A stretch of DNA of 63,640 bases, counting the filler, from Atractiella rhizophila (lineage: Eukaryota): the NCBI GenBank assembly GCA_021432655.1. It is 10 parts of 10 records of this genome, joined end to end, with 100 filler letters (N's around TTAATTAATTAA, not from the genome) between each part and the next. Parts side by side here need not be neighbours in the genome. Positions count along the whole stretch, not along the records: positions 20,113 to 26,692 come from MU272285.1; positions 26,793 to 33,360 come from MU272286.1; positions 33,461 to 40,025 come from MU272287.1; 7 more parts are not named here. One strand, given 5' to 3'. This document shows positions 22,692 through 35,231 of the stretch, piece after piece. Within the stretch, counting starts at the first letter, position 1; every line of letters starts with the position of its first letter. The notes below the pieces were generated by a model. The model was not told the DNA's origin, did no database searches, and worked only from the letters and a program-made list of their open reading frames with translations. The translations under genes were made by a program, and so were the position numbers.

Positions 22692-24331
22692 TTATCGACA
22701 CCAGAACAATCCTTTGAGCATGTCGACCGCCAGCTCGAGCCATCCTCCACTGATGACACCTTCATCGACTTGCCCGCCAACATCGTCAGTATGCTCAATA
22801 GGTGTTTGCGCAGACTGCTCAATAGATGTTCGCTCGGACTGTTCGAAAGACGTTCGCTCGGACTTCTCGATGGATGTATGCTCGGGCTGCTCGATGGAGG
22901 TTTGGTGGCATGAGACGACAGATGCTCGTTCGCTAGGTACGATAGAGGTTTGCTCGGATTGTTCGACAAAACTATGCACTGACTCCTCGGTGGGAGGGCT
23001 TCTAGCTCGTCGCCGTTTCTCTTTCCTCACTCTGCGAGCCTCTTTCCTGATTTCCGCCTCATGTAAAACCATGATGAGTGCTGGGCTGAAGTTCGGGATA
23101 TTCCCTTCGAACACGCGCTTGCTCTCCCTAATATCATTCCGCATAAGCAATAATCAAAAGACAAGTTCACAACTGACTTTGTCGTCCCCCTTGCTCTACA
23201 AACTTCGACACGATTCTTCGCGAGGCGTTTGGCGTGCTTATGCCTCGCATTCACGACAATGGCGTCTCGCTGCATCCTCCAACACTCGTTGACCCAGATA
23301 AAGTCGTGGTCCTTGAACCGCAGGCTTTGTCGTGCCTCTTCTCCCTTCGGCAGGGGTGAAGCAACAACAAACTCGCGCGTCAGGATCTTCTTTGGCGTCT
23401 CCTCCTCGTCATCCCACACCCTCAGTCCATCCTCATTCAAAATAACTTCCACAACTCCATCTTCACTCGATGTCGACCGCAACGCGTTCTCGTGTCTCTG
23501 GCGCAGAGATCGAAGAATGGCTTCGCGCTCGTACACATTTGCAGTGTCGCGAGAGAGGTATCGAGAGCCTTGCACCATCCCACGACCCCAAACGTCGAGG
23601 GTACCTTGGGCTGCGAATCTTTCGTAATTCTCTTGAAGAGTAAACTTCTCCTGGTATTCTTCAGTGCTTTGGAGGACAAAGAGTGGAGTATTGGCTTGTT
23701 GCGTTGGGATCTCGAATGACATGTCGACGTCCGTGACGCCTAAGCCGATTCCGGAATCGACGGAGGCAGCTTTGGTTAAGGAGGCCCTGCTATCGTTTAG
23801 AGGAGTATTTGCGTCGGCGTAGAGATGTTTGAGGGAGGAGGGAACGAGAGGTTTCCAGGTATGAAGCAAGGTCTGGACCAAAATTGCTCGAACCCAGGTT
23901 ACTCCACAAAGAAATAAATGCTTACAGAGACTTCCAAAGGTCTGTAGTGGACAACACTGGACATTTTTGACTCTTGGGCTTCGAAAATAAATAGGAAAAT
24001 AAAAGGACGCGTCGCGTTCTTGAGTAGTTGATCTGGAGTGCTTGTTTCAAAAAGAAGTGCTTCTTGCTGTCTAATGAGCTTTAGGAGCTTGACAGAAAGT
24101 CTTGCTGAAAATGTCTCGAAAGCGAACAAATCAGAGAAAAACCAGATGGTGGTTGAAGAGAAATTGACTGCAATGGAAACTGAGACTCTTTCATGGGAAA
24201 AGCGGAACCAATTTACCCGCCGTACGTGGTGTCTGTGCCGCGTTCTTTGGGAATCACTCCTGCATCCCTTCCTGCTTACACTCAATGCCTCCTGCTGCCA
24301 GCTGATATTCTAATATGGTGGGAAAAAACAT
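22692..24331 (-). CDS. Hypothetical protein with a basic/charged region and C-terminal 8-aa repeats; exon structure uncertain
   Basis: Protein-like ORFs 23027-23881 and 22692-23150 can be joined by an intron near 23130-23180. Further upstream exons are plausible (ATG at 24331). No family recognised. Confidence 0.45.
22797..22964. repeat. Seven degenerate 24-bp tandem units (coding EQSE[RQ]TSI)
   Basis: EQSEQTSI/VPSERASV/VSCHQTSI/EQPEHTSI/EKSERTSF/EQSERTSI/EQSAQTPI on the minus strand. Confidence 0.85.
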
Positions 24332-24540
24332 TGTCAGCCTGTCGATCTACTAAGAAGTCGATTTTTGGAAGTGGAAGTGAGAAGCAGTGACAACCATTCA
24401 TTCGGCTGCCCGTGATGTCGAAACTACGGCAATTTGCCACCGAAATCTTGGCTCAGCTCTTGGCTCCTTCCTTCCTAAATTGCCTTTGCCTGAGAGTTGC
24501 CCTTAGCAGTTCCCACAACGCCGTCCCCTACAGCTGTAAT

Positions 24541-25164
24541 ATGAGCTCCTCCTCCACTCATGCTCCGGAACCGAGCAGCGTTCGCTCTCAAATACGAACC
24601 GCTGACTACGTTTCGCTCATCCAAGTCGTCACCTGCCTCCTCTCCTGTCGTACGAGAACTGACATTATTGGCATGAAAATGACAGTTGCTCATCCTCCCG
24701 ATCGCCCTCTACGTCACCCGCTTCCAACCGTGCGATACTCCGCTCCGCCAATTCGTAGCTTTCCACCTCCTCCGGGTAGCCATTCTAGCATGGCCCGTGA
24801 AGATTTGGAAGATGCGCAGGCGCGCACAGGAAGGGCGAAAAAGGTCAGTCCATCGCTCCCTAACCGTCCATCATCCTGGAATGACAGATGCTCGGCGCGG
24901 AAGGGACGGAGATGACAATCCCATGCAAGAGGCAAGTAGGAAGCGGTGGGACTCCCTCGCTGTCTTTCTTGGGTTTAAAAGCCAGATATTGGGCATTCTG
25001 TCAGCAGTAGTTGGTGCGTAAATCTGGTCCTCAATTGAACAAATGACAATGAATAAATTCTAGGCGGGATGTGGCTCATCCAAGATGGCACCTGCACGTG
25101 GAAGACGAGAGGTTTGGGACAGGCAGCCCTTTGGTGTCTATTGCTAATTTGCCAAGGAGATTGA
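24541..25164 (+). CDS. Small multi-pass membrane protein, hypothetical; multi-exon
   Basis: MSSSSTH...SLIQ|LLILPIALYVTRFQPCDTPLRQFVAFHLLRVAILAWP...ILGILSAVV|GGMWLIQDGTC. Hydrophobic segments with a CDxPL motif recall the transmembrane region of membrane RING ligases, but no RING domain is seen. Confidence 0.45.
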
Positions 25165-25482
25165 TCATCTCCACCGAGAATGGAGAAAGCCTGATTGCAC
25201 AAACAACAGAAAAAACCATAGCATGAAAGTAGGAGCACACACCGTCTAAGATTCTCTTCGGCTCTTGCCTGCTTCCTCTGCATCCTCACCTCCAGCTGCA
25301 TCTTTCTATTCCCAAGTCTCCAGTAGGGTCGCCACTTTGTTCTTCATCGATTGCTCTTCCTGGGATTGGAGTTACACCATGGCAATAAGTGAAGGGAATA
25401 TCAATGCGATTCCAGAGAGAACGATTTCAAAAGAAAACAAAAAAAATCCTGTCACTGCTGATGAATGTGAATTGGGGTTGAT

Positions 25483-26692
25483 CTATTTCTTCGTTTTGGT
25501 GCTGGTCGCTTTCTTGGCTGCCGCACCCTTCGGCTTCTTCTCCTTGACCAGCTTATTTTTGCCCAGTGGAACTTCCCCATCTTCGTCTGCATTGGGTGCT
25601 GGTGCATCTTCATCAGGCACCTCTTCGTCGACCTAATTGGACATCAGTGAGGTCCACGTTGGAAGCCAGACCTGTCGCACCTCAACAACATCCTCCAAAT
25701 CGGGTACATTGTCAGCCGCTAGCTTCTTCGTTGGCTTCCCCAAGTCTGTAGCTTTGAAGAAAGGGATAGGATGCGTTTCTTTGTTGAACCTATGACATGC
25801 AACAATTTAATAGCATTGTGGACATCGATGAGAATACGCACTGTCGTGTAAATGCGGCCTTTGTCGCACTAGGAATCTTTTTCAGCATTGGCTCTCCTTC
25901 ATTGTCACCAATGCCCAGTTCGACCAGTGCATCCCACTCGTCTTTACTGAGATAATAATCGTCCATAGCCTGAATCACTTCATCGATTGAATCCTATTAC
26001 CCGGTGATGTCTCAGGACGAGCATACCAACACAAAAAATCGGACTGACCGAACCCTTCTCTGTCAAAGGCGTGACGACCTTTTCAAAAAGGGCAGGTATG
26101 TAACTTTGTCTGATCTCTCGTCGATCCCCAGATGTCTTGAGCCGCATTCGAATCTGGATCTCCCCCAGGAGTCGCTGCAACTTGCCTTGGGTCGAGTTCT
26201 TCCCAAACCACCTATCCAGCCTCCTCAGCAAACTCGCAGATACACGCAGGAAAGCAACAGGACGCACGCAGGAAAACCCATTCCGTACCCACCGCCAGAT
26301 TGGCCAGGGCCATGGCAGTAAGATGCAGGCCGCACAGTAGAAAATACTCCATGAGTGGGAAGCAAGGACCAGTGCTGGTCGCCGCTTGATCCTTTCTCAG
26401 GTGGGTGCCTTGAATGAGCAAAGAGGACTAACCCATGAATCATTCGATCTACGAGATCACCGTCAGAGATCGCATCAGCTGCCTTAGAAGCCAGTTCGAT
26501 CTTCTTTGCTTCCGCTTCTTTGCCCGTCTTGTTTGCTGCTAGTTGGAACTTGTACTTCAGGTAGTTGTCCTGTTCAGTGTCATAAATACTGGCACTGGAT
26601 ACGAGAGCCGTACAATACCTGAACAAAAAGCGGCATGGCTGAGAAGTCTTGGAAGTAGAGTTCCAATTTGTCTGTGAGAGTATGCTTTGAAG
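25483..26692 (-). CDS. RFC1: Replication factor C large subunit, C-terminal part (5' truncated)
   Basis: DKLELYFQDFSAMPLFVQ|DNYLK, AADAISDGDLVDRMIHG, QHWSLLPTHGVFSTVRP, WFGKNSTQGKLQRLLGEIQ, MDDYYLSKDEWD and KAAFTRQ|FNK. TAG at 25483-25485. Confidence 0.95.
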
Positions 26693-26792
26693 NNNNNNNN
26701 NNNNNNNNNNNNNNNNNNNNNNNNNNNNNNNNNNNNTTAATTAATTAANNNNNNNNNNNNNNNNNNNNNNNNNNNNNNNNNNNNNNNNNNNN
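26693..26792. other. Artificial scaffold linker
   Basis: N44-TTAATTAATTAA-N44. Confidence 0.98.
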
Positions 26793-28181
26793 TCAAGGAC
26801 GCATAGATTCTTTCGTACATAAGGATGTAACTGTGTTTGGGCCATTTTTTCAGAAAGTGGTGCATAAATAATATTTTGCTGCGCGATCCCAATGTCATCA
26901 TCGGAACCTTGTCGCTTTTGCTACCCATCGCCAACAGAGAGCTCAGGTGCAACCACGACTTGCCTATGCGTTCACGTGAGAGAATGGGGGAGGACGCTAT
27001 TGCTGTCGGCGTCTGTGTGTCCAAGACCTTCCACTGAGCTGACATGGACTCAGAATTGTGTGTTGCGTGCAGCTGTTTTGCCTTTCCATTCTCGAGAATC
27101 CTTTTTTTGTGCCGATGAGGAATGAAATCCTGAGCCCATGCCGTATATTGTCTCCAAGGCCACATGTTATAGTAATATCAAAGCATATTACCTGATGCCT
27201 CCAGGATGAGATGTGTTTTGGCAGCTAGGAGTATATTTGGTAAGCTCGGTGTGCGCCGTCACCGTCGACCTAGCACCTAGCGCCTAGCCTGCGTTATTGG
27301 CTGCATTAATGCAGAACATAGCGGACAGTATGGTTCATACACCAAACGCTCTTCCCTGGCTGCCTGTACTGTGTTTGTGGTGGTGGGCCGAGAATGGCCT
27401 TTATTCAAGTTGTGCATTCTTTGCACAAGGGGAGACAATAGATGTACAATCAGCCCAGTCGTGAGCTACTGCTCACCCTTACCTGTGCCAAGACTTTGAG
27501 GAGGGGACGAGTTATCGTAGAAAGTCCTTGCTAGCACGGATTATGTCTGCACGGCGATTCAGATGGACGATGGAAATTCTCGCTCTCAGTGAGCAATTCT
27601 GTTGTTATTGTAGAATGTCATAATAATTATTTCGCTTTTCAGAGCCTTTATATACTTGTGGATACAATGTTCTAGAATCTTCAGAAAAGTAAGATAAGAC
27701 AAAACGCGAGAACTGGTGGCAAAAAGGAACGTTCTAGAATTGCCGCTCAAGTGAGATGGCAGGATGAATCATGAACGACAACAAATTCAAATAGAATGAG
27801 CATAACCTAAGCCGATGGGAAGACTGTAGGTGTCCTGGAGTAATGATTATCATGAATGGGAGGGCTCCACAGCACAATTGTGCTATGGACTCAGCTTCGA
27901 GTCAAAAGATTTTAGATATAGAATCCCTTTCAGAATGGATTCTCCCGTTCAGCACCTCAAGGACGTCGAGGGAATATGTAGGAACAGCTGTGATGCTTTG
28001 GCAATGCGTAGTGGATGACGACTAGATAACACATGTGCTACTGGTAAAGTTGAAAATGTGTCCACTTGATCGTGAACACTCCTTTATGCACTCATTTGCA
28101 TTTGCAGTGATTGGTTATTAAACACCGCTACAAGATGAATAATCTCATCGGCGAGGTCGGTAAGTGAATCTTCGCTCCACC

Positions 28182-29634
28182 TCAACAATATCTAACAGCT
28201 TCCTCTCCTTCCAGCGCAATTCCTTCAGCCTGCAGAAGGCCCAAATATTCCAAAAACTTTTCTGTTGTTTTGATCGTGGTCCAGGCATAGTATCCAAGTC
28301 GTAAGGTGACCAAGTTTCTCCAGCCGCCTTCGTGTTTTTGCTTCGCAATCGAGTAGAATATGAAACCCCAAATTTCAGGTACGTCCTCTTCCGTGTTGAA
28401 TCGAAAGCCAGCATCGGTCAGACGGGGGTTGAAACTCTTCCGGCAATCCTCCAGAAGGAAGGTAGACCACGGACTTCCTCGTATGACATTGTTGAAAACA
28501 AGACTGTCCACAACAAGGCAGATTACCGGTGATGGTGCAAAGGCAAGGAGGATCCTGTCCAACGGTTTAGAAGCATCTTCTTCCAGGTACCCCAGCTGCT
28601 GTAAATTGGGTACTGAGGAGAAATGGAAAGGGACTTTCGGTTTAGAAATGATATCCCCTTGAATCGATAATTCCCTCAGAGATGTCGGAGAGCAATGCAG
28701 AAAGTCTTGCATGTTTGCAGGATGAAAGCCTGAAGCCAAATACGTGTGTGCTACGACAATGTTCAGCCGTCTGATGGAGGGAAGAGGCATGTGACGGCTC
28801 GAACGGGGCCCGAACTCGTCTCCAAAAGTCCCGCATTCAATCGTTAAAGTATCTAGGCCAGGAGGAAAGGGTGCTTCAAGTCCCACATTGTGTGAACAGA
28901 TATCCTTCGCCAATAAGACCAAAGACTGGACTTGAAGTCCCGGAGGCAAAGCGTGGAGAGCTTGGCGAAAATAGGGAGATGAGTCTTCTTCCGCCTCCTC
29001 CCTATATTGACAGTGAGCGACTGTCAGATCGATAGACAATTTTTGACCCATAGACGACAGCAAGTTCTTCAACCCTACAGACAAGTCGATTTTGCCAGAG
29101 CCTACTACGGCCTCGAGAAAGGTAAGCTTGAGAGATGCGACGCGATTGCCAGGGAACGCGATTATTTCGTCAAATCGAGATTTCACTTGCTCCACAGCGT
29201 TAAGAAAGGACGGTACGTCTAATTCATAAATGAAGTCGTCGGAGTTGTAGTTGTCGTCCTCGTCAGAATCTTCTTCCTCCTCATCTTCGCTATTATCTTG
29301 TTCCCCCTTGTCCCAATATCCAAAGTGTTCGAGATAGAGACGCAGATGGACCGATCGTGCAAATCGCAAAAATGACGAAGGGAAACCATCCTCGCTTCCG
29401 TCGATTTCTTGATTGGAGTACTGATCTCTGGTTGAGATTTGAAAGTTTTGAAAAAGAAAAGGAACAATGAGCTCTCCCAGACTGTTTGGAAACAAGACTG
29501 GCTGTTTGGAGATTCATCTCTTCGGGATCGGCATAGAACCACGTGTTGATAATCTCTATTTGAACATCGGTAGGCAGTTTCCGGATGGGAAAAGCGTCCA
29601 ATATCTGTGAAATTGTACCTCCCGCTAAATGCAT
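28182..29634 (-). CDS. F-box/LRR-like protein with an apparent +1 frameshift near 29484 (pseudogene or sequencing error)
   Basis: FPIRKLPTDVQIEIINTW...TASLVSK in one frame continues as SLGELIVPFLFQNF... (437-aa ORF) in another. Removing one base from AAA-C-AGT restores a typical F-box. Confidence 0.65.
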
Positions 29635-30223
29635 CGTCAGAATCAGGATCATAGCTAGACCGAAACAGACCTCTGGTACAATATGCGCCATCACACAACT
29701 TGGTCTACTGATTTGCCACTTGGAATGGAAGCCTTAATGCTCCAACGCGTGCGCTCCTTTTGACATGGTAAGACGCTTCCGGGAACATGACGAAAACCGC
29801 TAGGGAGCAACGTGTCCACAGACGGTGCAAGGAGTCCTCCCATGAATCACGATGGCACATGGGCCTATTCGGCAACCGCTTACTAGTAAGTGTGGAAACT
29901 TGTGGCCTGGATAAATTCTAGTAGTGCTGGAAAATTGACGGAGTAGCCTGTGCCGTCGACATGTCTCACGGAGAATGGCAATTGGGCGAATGCTTTCATC
30001 GCCACAAACACAAAATCTGAGCTCACACCAGCACTAAGTGCAGCTACGCAGACTGCCATTTGCTTATCGACCCCATCAGCCTCGTGTGGCTGTCCTGCCA
30101 TGGTTCACTGAGTGAGTGTCGAACAAAGTTAAAGTTTTGGCTTCCTTATTTTCTTTTGAAGGGTTAGGGTCGTTTCACCTTTTTGTTGTCGGACCTGCAC
30201 TCGCTGCTTCATTCCTTGGTAAG

Positions 30224-30783
30224 ATGTCACGGCACGTCTTCCTAGCTATTCCTCTGCATACTTTCGTTATCTGACTTCTGGGCAGACTTTATTCCAGAGC
30301 ACGAATTCTCGGACACCAGCGCGGGAAGCGCAACACTTACCCCAAGTGCTCACTGGTGCAGATTGAGGGAGTAGCAAACAAGGATGAGGCTAAATTTTAT
30401 CTCGGAAAGGTACGCCATCTCTTTAGCTTCCTGCTTCAAGAAAACCGGAGATGGAATGTTGATTGCGTTCGCAGAGGATCGCTTACGTTTATCGTGGAGA
30501 GAGAGTCAGAACAGGAGAGAAATCAAAGTGCGCATCTTGTCCCAGTTCTCCCTCTCACACACCCACTCAACGTTTTTACTCAGAGTCCGAGTAATCTGGG
30601 GTAAAGTCACACGGGTGCATGGAAATGGTGGAGTTGTCCGCACGACCTTCAAGCACAACCTTCCACCTCACAGCTTCGGTGCCATGGCCAGAGTTGTATG
30701 TTGCTCTTCTTTCCTTCCCGCCTGACGTGTGGAAGATCTTGATCCTTGTTCTTTTATAGATGCTTTACCCGAGCAATATCTGA
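30224..30783 (+). CDS. RPL33: 60S ribosomal protein eL33 (L33/L35a), 5 exons
   Basis: Spliced [19 protein letters not shown]...LVQIEGV...FYLGK|RIAYVYR...[41 protein letters not shown]. Confidence 0.95.
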
Positions 30784-31886
30784 TTTCTTTGTTCGATATG
30801 TACCATGCAATTATGGCTTCATGCTCCTGCCCTTGCCGACTTCTCCTCGCCCTCATTCTGTTTGCACTTCACCTATACAATGAGTTGAATATGTTAGGCT
30901 GGAATTTATGGATTGATTCCAGTCCCTAGGTACAGGGAAAGGCGAGCAATCTGAAGCAGGAGGTGCGTGATCTGTTAGCTGTAGGAACTCTCATGCTTCG
31001 AGTTCAGCGGTCATGATATTCAGCAGAATACCTGCATGCCACAGGGTCACTCGGGGAGCGAAGAACTTATATCATTGTTCTGAAACCTCATTCGTGCATT
31101 CGTAAGCTTTAAAAGAGGCAACGCAATGACGGAGGATACGTTGTGTCTGACCTGATAATTCAACGACGTTGGTATTGTGTCAGCTCCTGAACTCACATGT
31201 CCCTTTCTACATTAGAGTTTACCAGAAATAACCAGATCCAATCAAGCTCTACTGGTGTCCGCTTCATAAAATGCTAGTAACTAACTTTCTAGACGGAACG
31301 TCGTTCGCAATCGCAATGTTAATCATGTCTTCTCTCGGACCTGGAAATCCACTTCACTTGAGTGTCGGGAGGTCAACGCTGAATTGGTCAGTCCATGTCT
31401 TTCCTGGTGGGAGCTGCAAAAGGCTATGCACACCCGAAAGACAGAACACTCAAAGCGTGACAGGACGTTCAATGAAACCACGGTCGAATAGCCTGTTGCC
31501 TTTGCCTTTGCCTTTCCTTACTGCTTGAAGATGACTTCAACTAATAGTCTTCAATCACTCATTCGTTCAGGACGACAGCGGTTGATGGAAGATTCGGAAG
31601 ATTATCCTATCGAAACAGCAATCATCACAATTAATGATAGTTGGGTGACCTAAGTGGACAAAGGTCCTGGTTCCATCATGATCACCCCTTCACGGTGCTT
31701 AACTAGCAAAAATAGCTTTTGCTCGCTTTCGTCAGCGCTTGCTTTCGTCGGATGAACAGACCACCCGCCAGAGACCAAACCCACAAACTGCCCGAAGACG
31801 TTGGGGTTCAGGCCACCCAGAATCTGTTATAAAATGTGCCCCTCTTTTGCCTGTTATGCGACTGTGGACAAGTCAAAACTTTGAAG

Positions 31887-32866
31887 ATGACCAGTGATCC
31901 CGCCTCATCCAAATTCGCTTATCGCAAAGTGCTGGTTGTAGGAGCATCCTCGTAGGCATTGGATGGCTAGAAGCCATATGATCTGATCTGTCACCTTCCT
32001 TAGTGGAATAGGTTGGGCTCTCGCATCTTCACTCCATGGTCTCCCCAATAAACCCCACATTCTCGTTGCTGCCAGGAGAATGGACCGTCTGGAATCGCTT
32101 CGCAAAGAGCTGGGACATGAAAGAGTTTCTTCCATCCAGCTGGATCTTCAATGGGACGATGTGAAGTTGAAAGAATGGGTGGAGAATGTGCTAAGAGAGC
32201 ACAAGGATCTAGATGGAATCATCCTGAATTCAGGCATTCAGCACAAATGGGATTTTTCGAAGCCTCTTGGCATCGATATGTCCGGTTGGCATACTTTCTT
32301 GAATCTTCTGGGACTAACAATAACGAATATAACAGTGATCAAAGTCGAATTTCAAGTGAACTATCTTTCCTTCATCCCCCTTCTTGCTGCCTTTCTGCCA
32401 CACTTCCAAACCCTCCCTATTCCCTCCCTCATTGCTACCGTCACTTCTGGTCTCGCCATCGAACCAAGTCCTGCCGTGTTCAACTATTGTGCTAGCAAGG
32501 CTGCTCTGCATTCTTTAACTGTTTCCCTTCGTGCAGATTTGAAAGCGTTGGGCCACACCTCTATTCGAGTCGTCGAGATCTTTCCACCGTACGCAGTTTG
32601 CTCCTCCCTTTCCAACCGAACTCTGACCTGTAGGTCTCAGGCTTGTGGAAAGCGAATTGCACGATCACCAAGGCACTGTACCCGTTCTAAGCAAGTTTTG
32701 GATGCCTCTACAAGAGTTCAACGGCATCCTAGTGAAGAGGCTAACGGAAACAGATGAGGAGGAGATACCGATTGGTGCGAGGGTTGAAGACGCGTGGCAG
32801 AGGAGAGAGAAAGGGAAAATGGAAAGCGTGCAAGCAGTTGCGAAAAGGATGCGTGGTGGTGCATAG
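31887..32866 (+). CDS. Short-chain dehydrogenase/reductase (DltE-like)
   Basis: VLVVGASS|GIG Rossmann motif, ILNSGIQ, VTSGLA, YCASKAALHS (YxxxK) and VVEIFPP|LVESELHD. Confidence 0.9.
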
Positions 32867-33057
32867 TGACCAACATAATGTCAACAAGGATCAAATCATC
32901 GATCTCGATCATAAGAGTTGTGATGAGTCATGATCTTCAGCCCAGATAAAATTTATTCAGATACTACTAACCACACTTGACCACACGCCACACGAGGAAG
33001 ACTTTCCAGCAAAGCTGTGTCCTTTAAAAACTGCAAGAATTTGTCTGCCAGTGATTA

Positions 33058-33360
33058 ATGTTGCATTCAAGGCTTCGCACACATATCATCTTCGCCCCAA
33101 CGACTTCAATTGGGAAGACTATTGCGTCTGTTCTTCTGCTTCGTGCATCCCATGTTGCCAAAGAGGTGCCGACTTATTTCAAACCTGTTGGAACCTTTTC
33201 TCCCAGCGGACACGGGGATGATCTTGCACATGTGAAGAAATATGTGCAGGGTGAGTTACTTGCTCCTTTCGTTCCGGCGCCACTGATTATTTCAGAGCTG
33301 AAGGTTCGATGTCATGGTATGTGGAGGTGGGAAGAAGAAAAAGGACCCCATTTGGCTGGT
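33058..33360 (+). CDS. bioDA: N-terminus of dethiobiotin synthetase, probably the fungal bifunctional BioDA (Bio3-Bio1); 3' truncated
   Basis: LRTHIIFAPTTSIGKTIAS (BioD P-loop TxxGKT), YFKPVGT, DDxxHV and PHLA. Confidence 0.7.
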
Positions 33361-33460
33361 NNNNNNNNNNNNNNNNNNNNNNNNNNNNNNNNNNNNNNNN
33401 NNNNTTAATTAATTAANNNNNNNNNNNNNNNNNNNNNNNNNNNNNNNNNNNNNNNNNNNN
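33361..33460. other. Artificial scaffold linker
   Basis: N44-TTAATTAATTAA-N44. Confidence 0.98.
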
Positions 33461-35231
33461 GGGTGATGGCTGGGAGGCGAGGAGAGGAGAGGCAAGTGAG
33501 CGAGGGAGGAGCGGGTTAAGGAGGCAGACAAGTGGGTCAATGAAGAGATCAAAGAGCATGGGAATGATCGGACCACCCTGTGGGTAGCCGTGATGAATGG
33601 CAATGGGATGTTGGCGCTCGCCGTTGACTACGATTGTTTCCATAGCATTATGAGTGCAAAGTTGCCAGACGAGCTCGCGTATAGCTGGTGGAGCACCTCG
33701 AGAGCTTCAGCATCAATAATCGATATTTTCGTCTTCTTTGTACCACCAATCACTGCTTCCGCTCATCCTTGCGAACACAACAAGCTTTGACGGTACCCCC
33801 TCGACACGGAAGTTGGCGAGGTGTTGAGGTTTATCACTCCCAAGCGGTCGAGCCAATCTTCACTTTTCCCGAACACTTGTAGGTAGTCATCCGATTTGAA
33901 GAGAAGAGGGAGTGAAGGGCTGTAATGAGATTTGTTTTCACCAGTTTCGTCCTCCCACTTCAAGATTCTCAACAATGAGCTCTTGAGCTCCCACTCCTCT
34001 ACAATCGAGTGTAGTGCCCATTCCAAATCAGCTAAAAGTAACACCCTGACGTACCACCAGTCGCTCCAGCTTTCACAGTCAAGCTTCGCAGAGTGAAGGG
34101 ACGGGTGAAGCGAAAGAGAAATGAAGGGACGCTTTATTTACATGGATGTCGAGGGGTTCTTGGATTTGTTGCCGCCTGGTCTGTCATGCCCGAACCGACA
34201 GTCCCTCCAACCCTCTCCGACAATGAGAACTTCGAGCATTATAACCCTTTTGTAAGTGTGATTCCATCACGGCTCAGTATTTATGTGCATTCTTCTTATA
34301 TCGACTATATGTCTTCATTCATGGGGGATTGGAAACTAGCGAACACGAGCCAGTCCAAGGATGGCCGGTGCTTTACGCCAGTGTTTGGGTCTGATCATGG
34401 TAAACCAGATGTCACTCTCTACCATCCATCATGTGAAATCGAGCAGAGTGATTTAACCACCTTTGACTTCTCCTGCCTGCGCTCAATCCCCTCCAATTAA
34501 GCGGTTCTGAATCCGTTGCATACCATGTCACTGCGAAGCCACCAACTCGCAAAAATGATGGATGCTAACGTGTCAATAGGCCGGGAAACGATCTTAATGT
34601 AATAGTAATCAACGGTAAGCATTCAAGTTGCCCCACGGATTGGGGCTCTGCTCCTTATATGTATCCAAAGTATAGCTCACATTTGCCAAAATCAGCACCT
34701 GAGACCAGCAAATCGCACAGTCCTCTTTCATATGGGCCTTTAGCTTCTCTTCACTCTTCACTTTTCGCAATACTGCTTCTGACCTTTCGACTTCTCCGAA
34801 GCCTGATTAGATGACAACCCCGTTCCCTTTCCGGTACACCTCCTTCCCGTCGCACTGTATAAGTCCGTCTGGCGAATCTCTCAACAGTTGTAGCCGTGCT
34901 TCCGCACTTTCAGGCATGCAGGTCAACCCCTTGCAGCTGACTCTTTTCACTCAAAGCTCTACGGACAGATTGTCACAGGTGTATACAACGGGAAGACCGA
35001 CGGGAAACAAAATGGGCTTTCTATCTCAAAAGGGGGACGATATCGCCCCATTCCCCATTTTCAGTCCATAAATTGTCCAGCAGGTACGCGATAACTTTGC
35101 TGAGATTTAGTAACGTAGCCAAGGCCTGGATGGATGGAGTGGCTCACTGTGCCACAACTTTTGCCTTTATTTTTACTTTCGCGGCTTGGATCCAGTGATG
35201 AATGTTAACCCAAGAATGGAGATGTTAGAGA

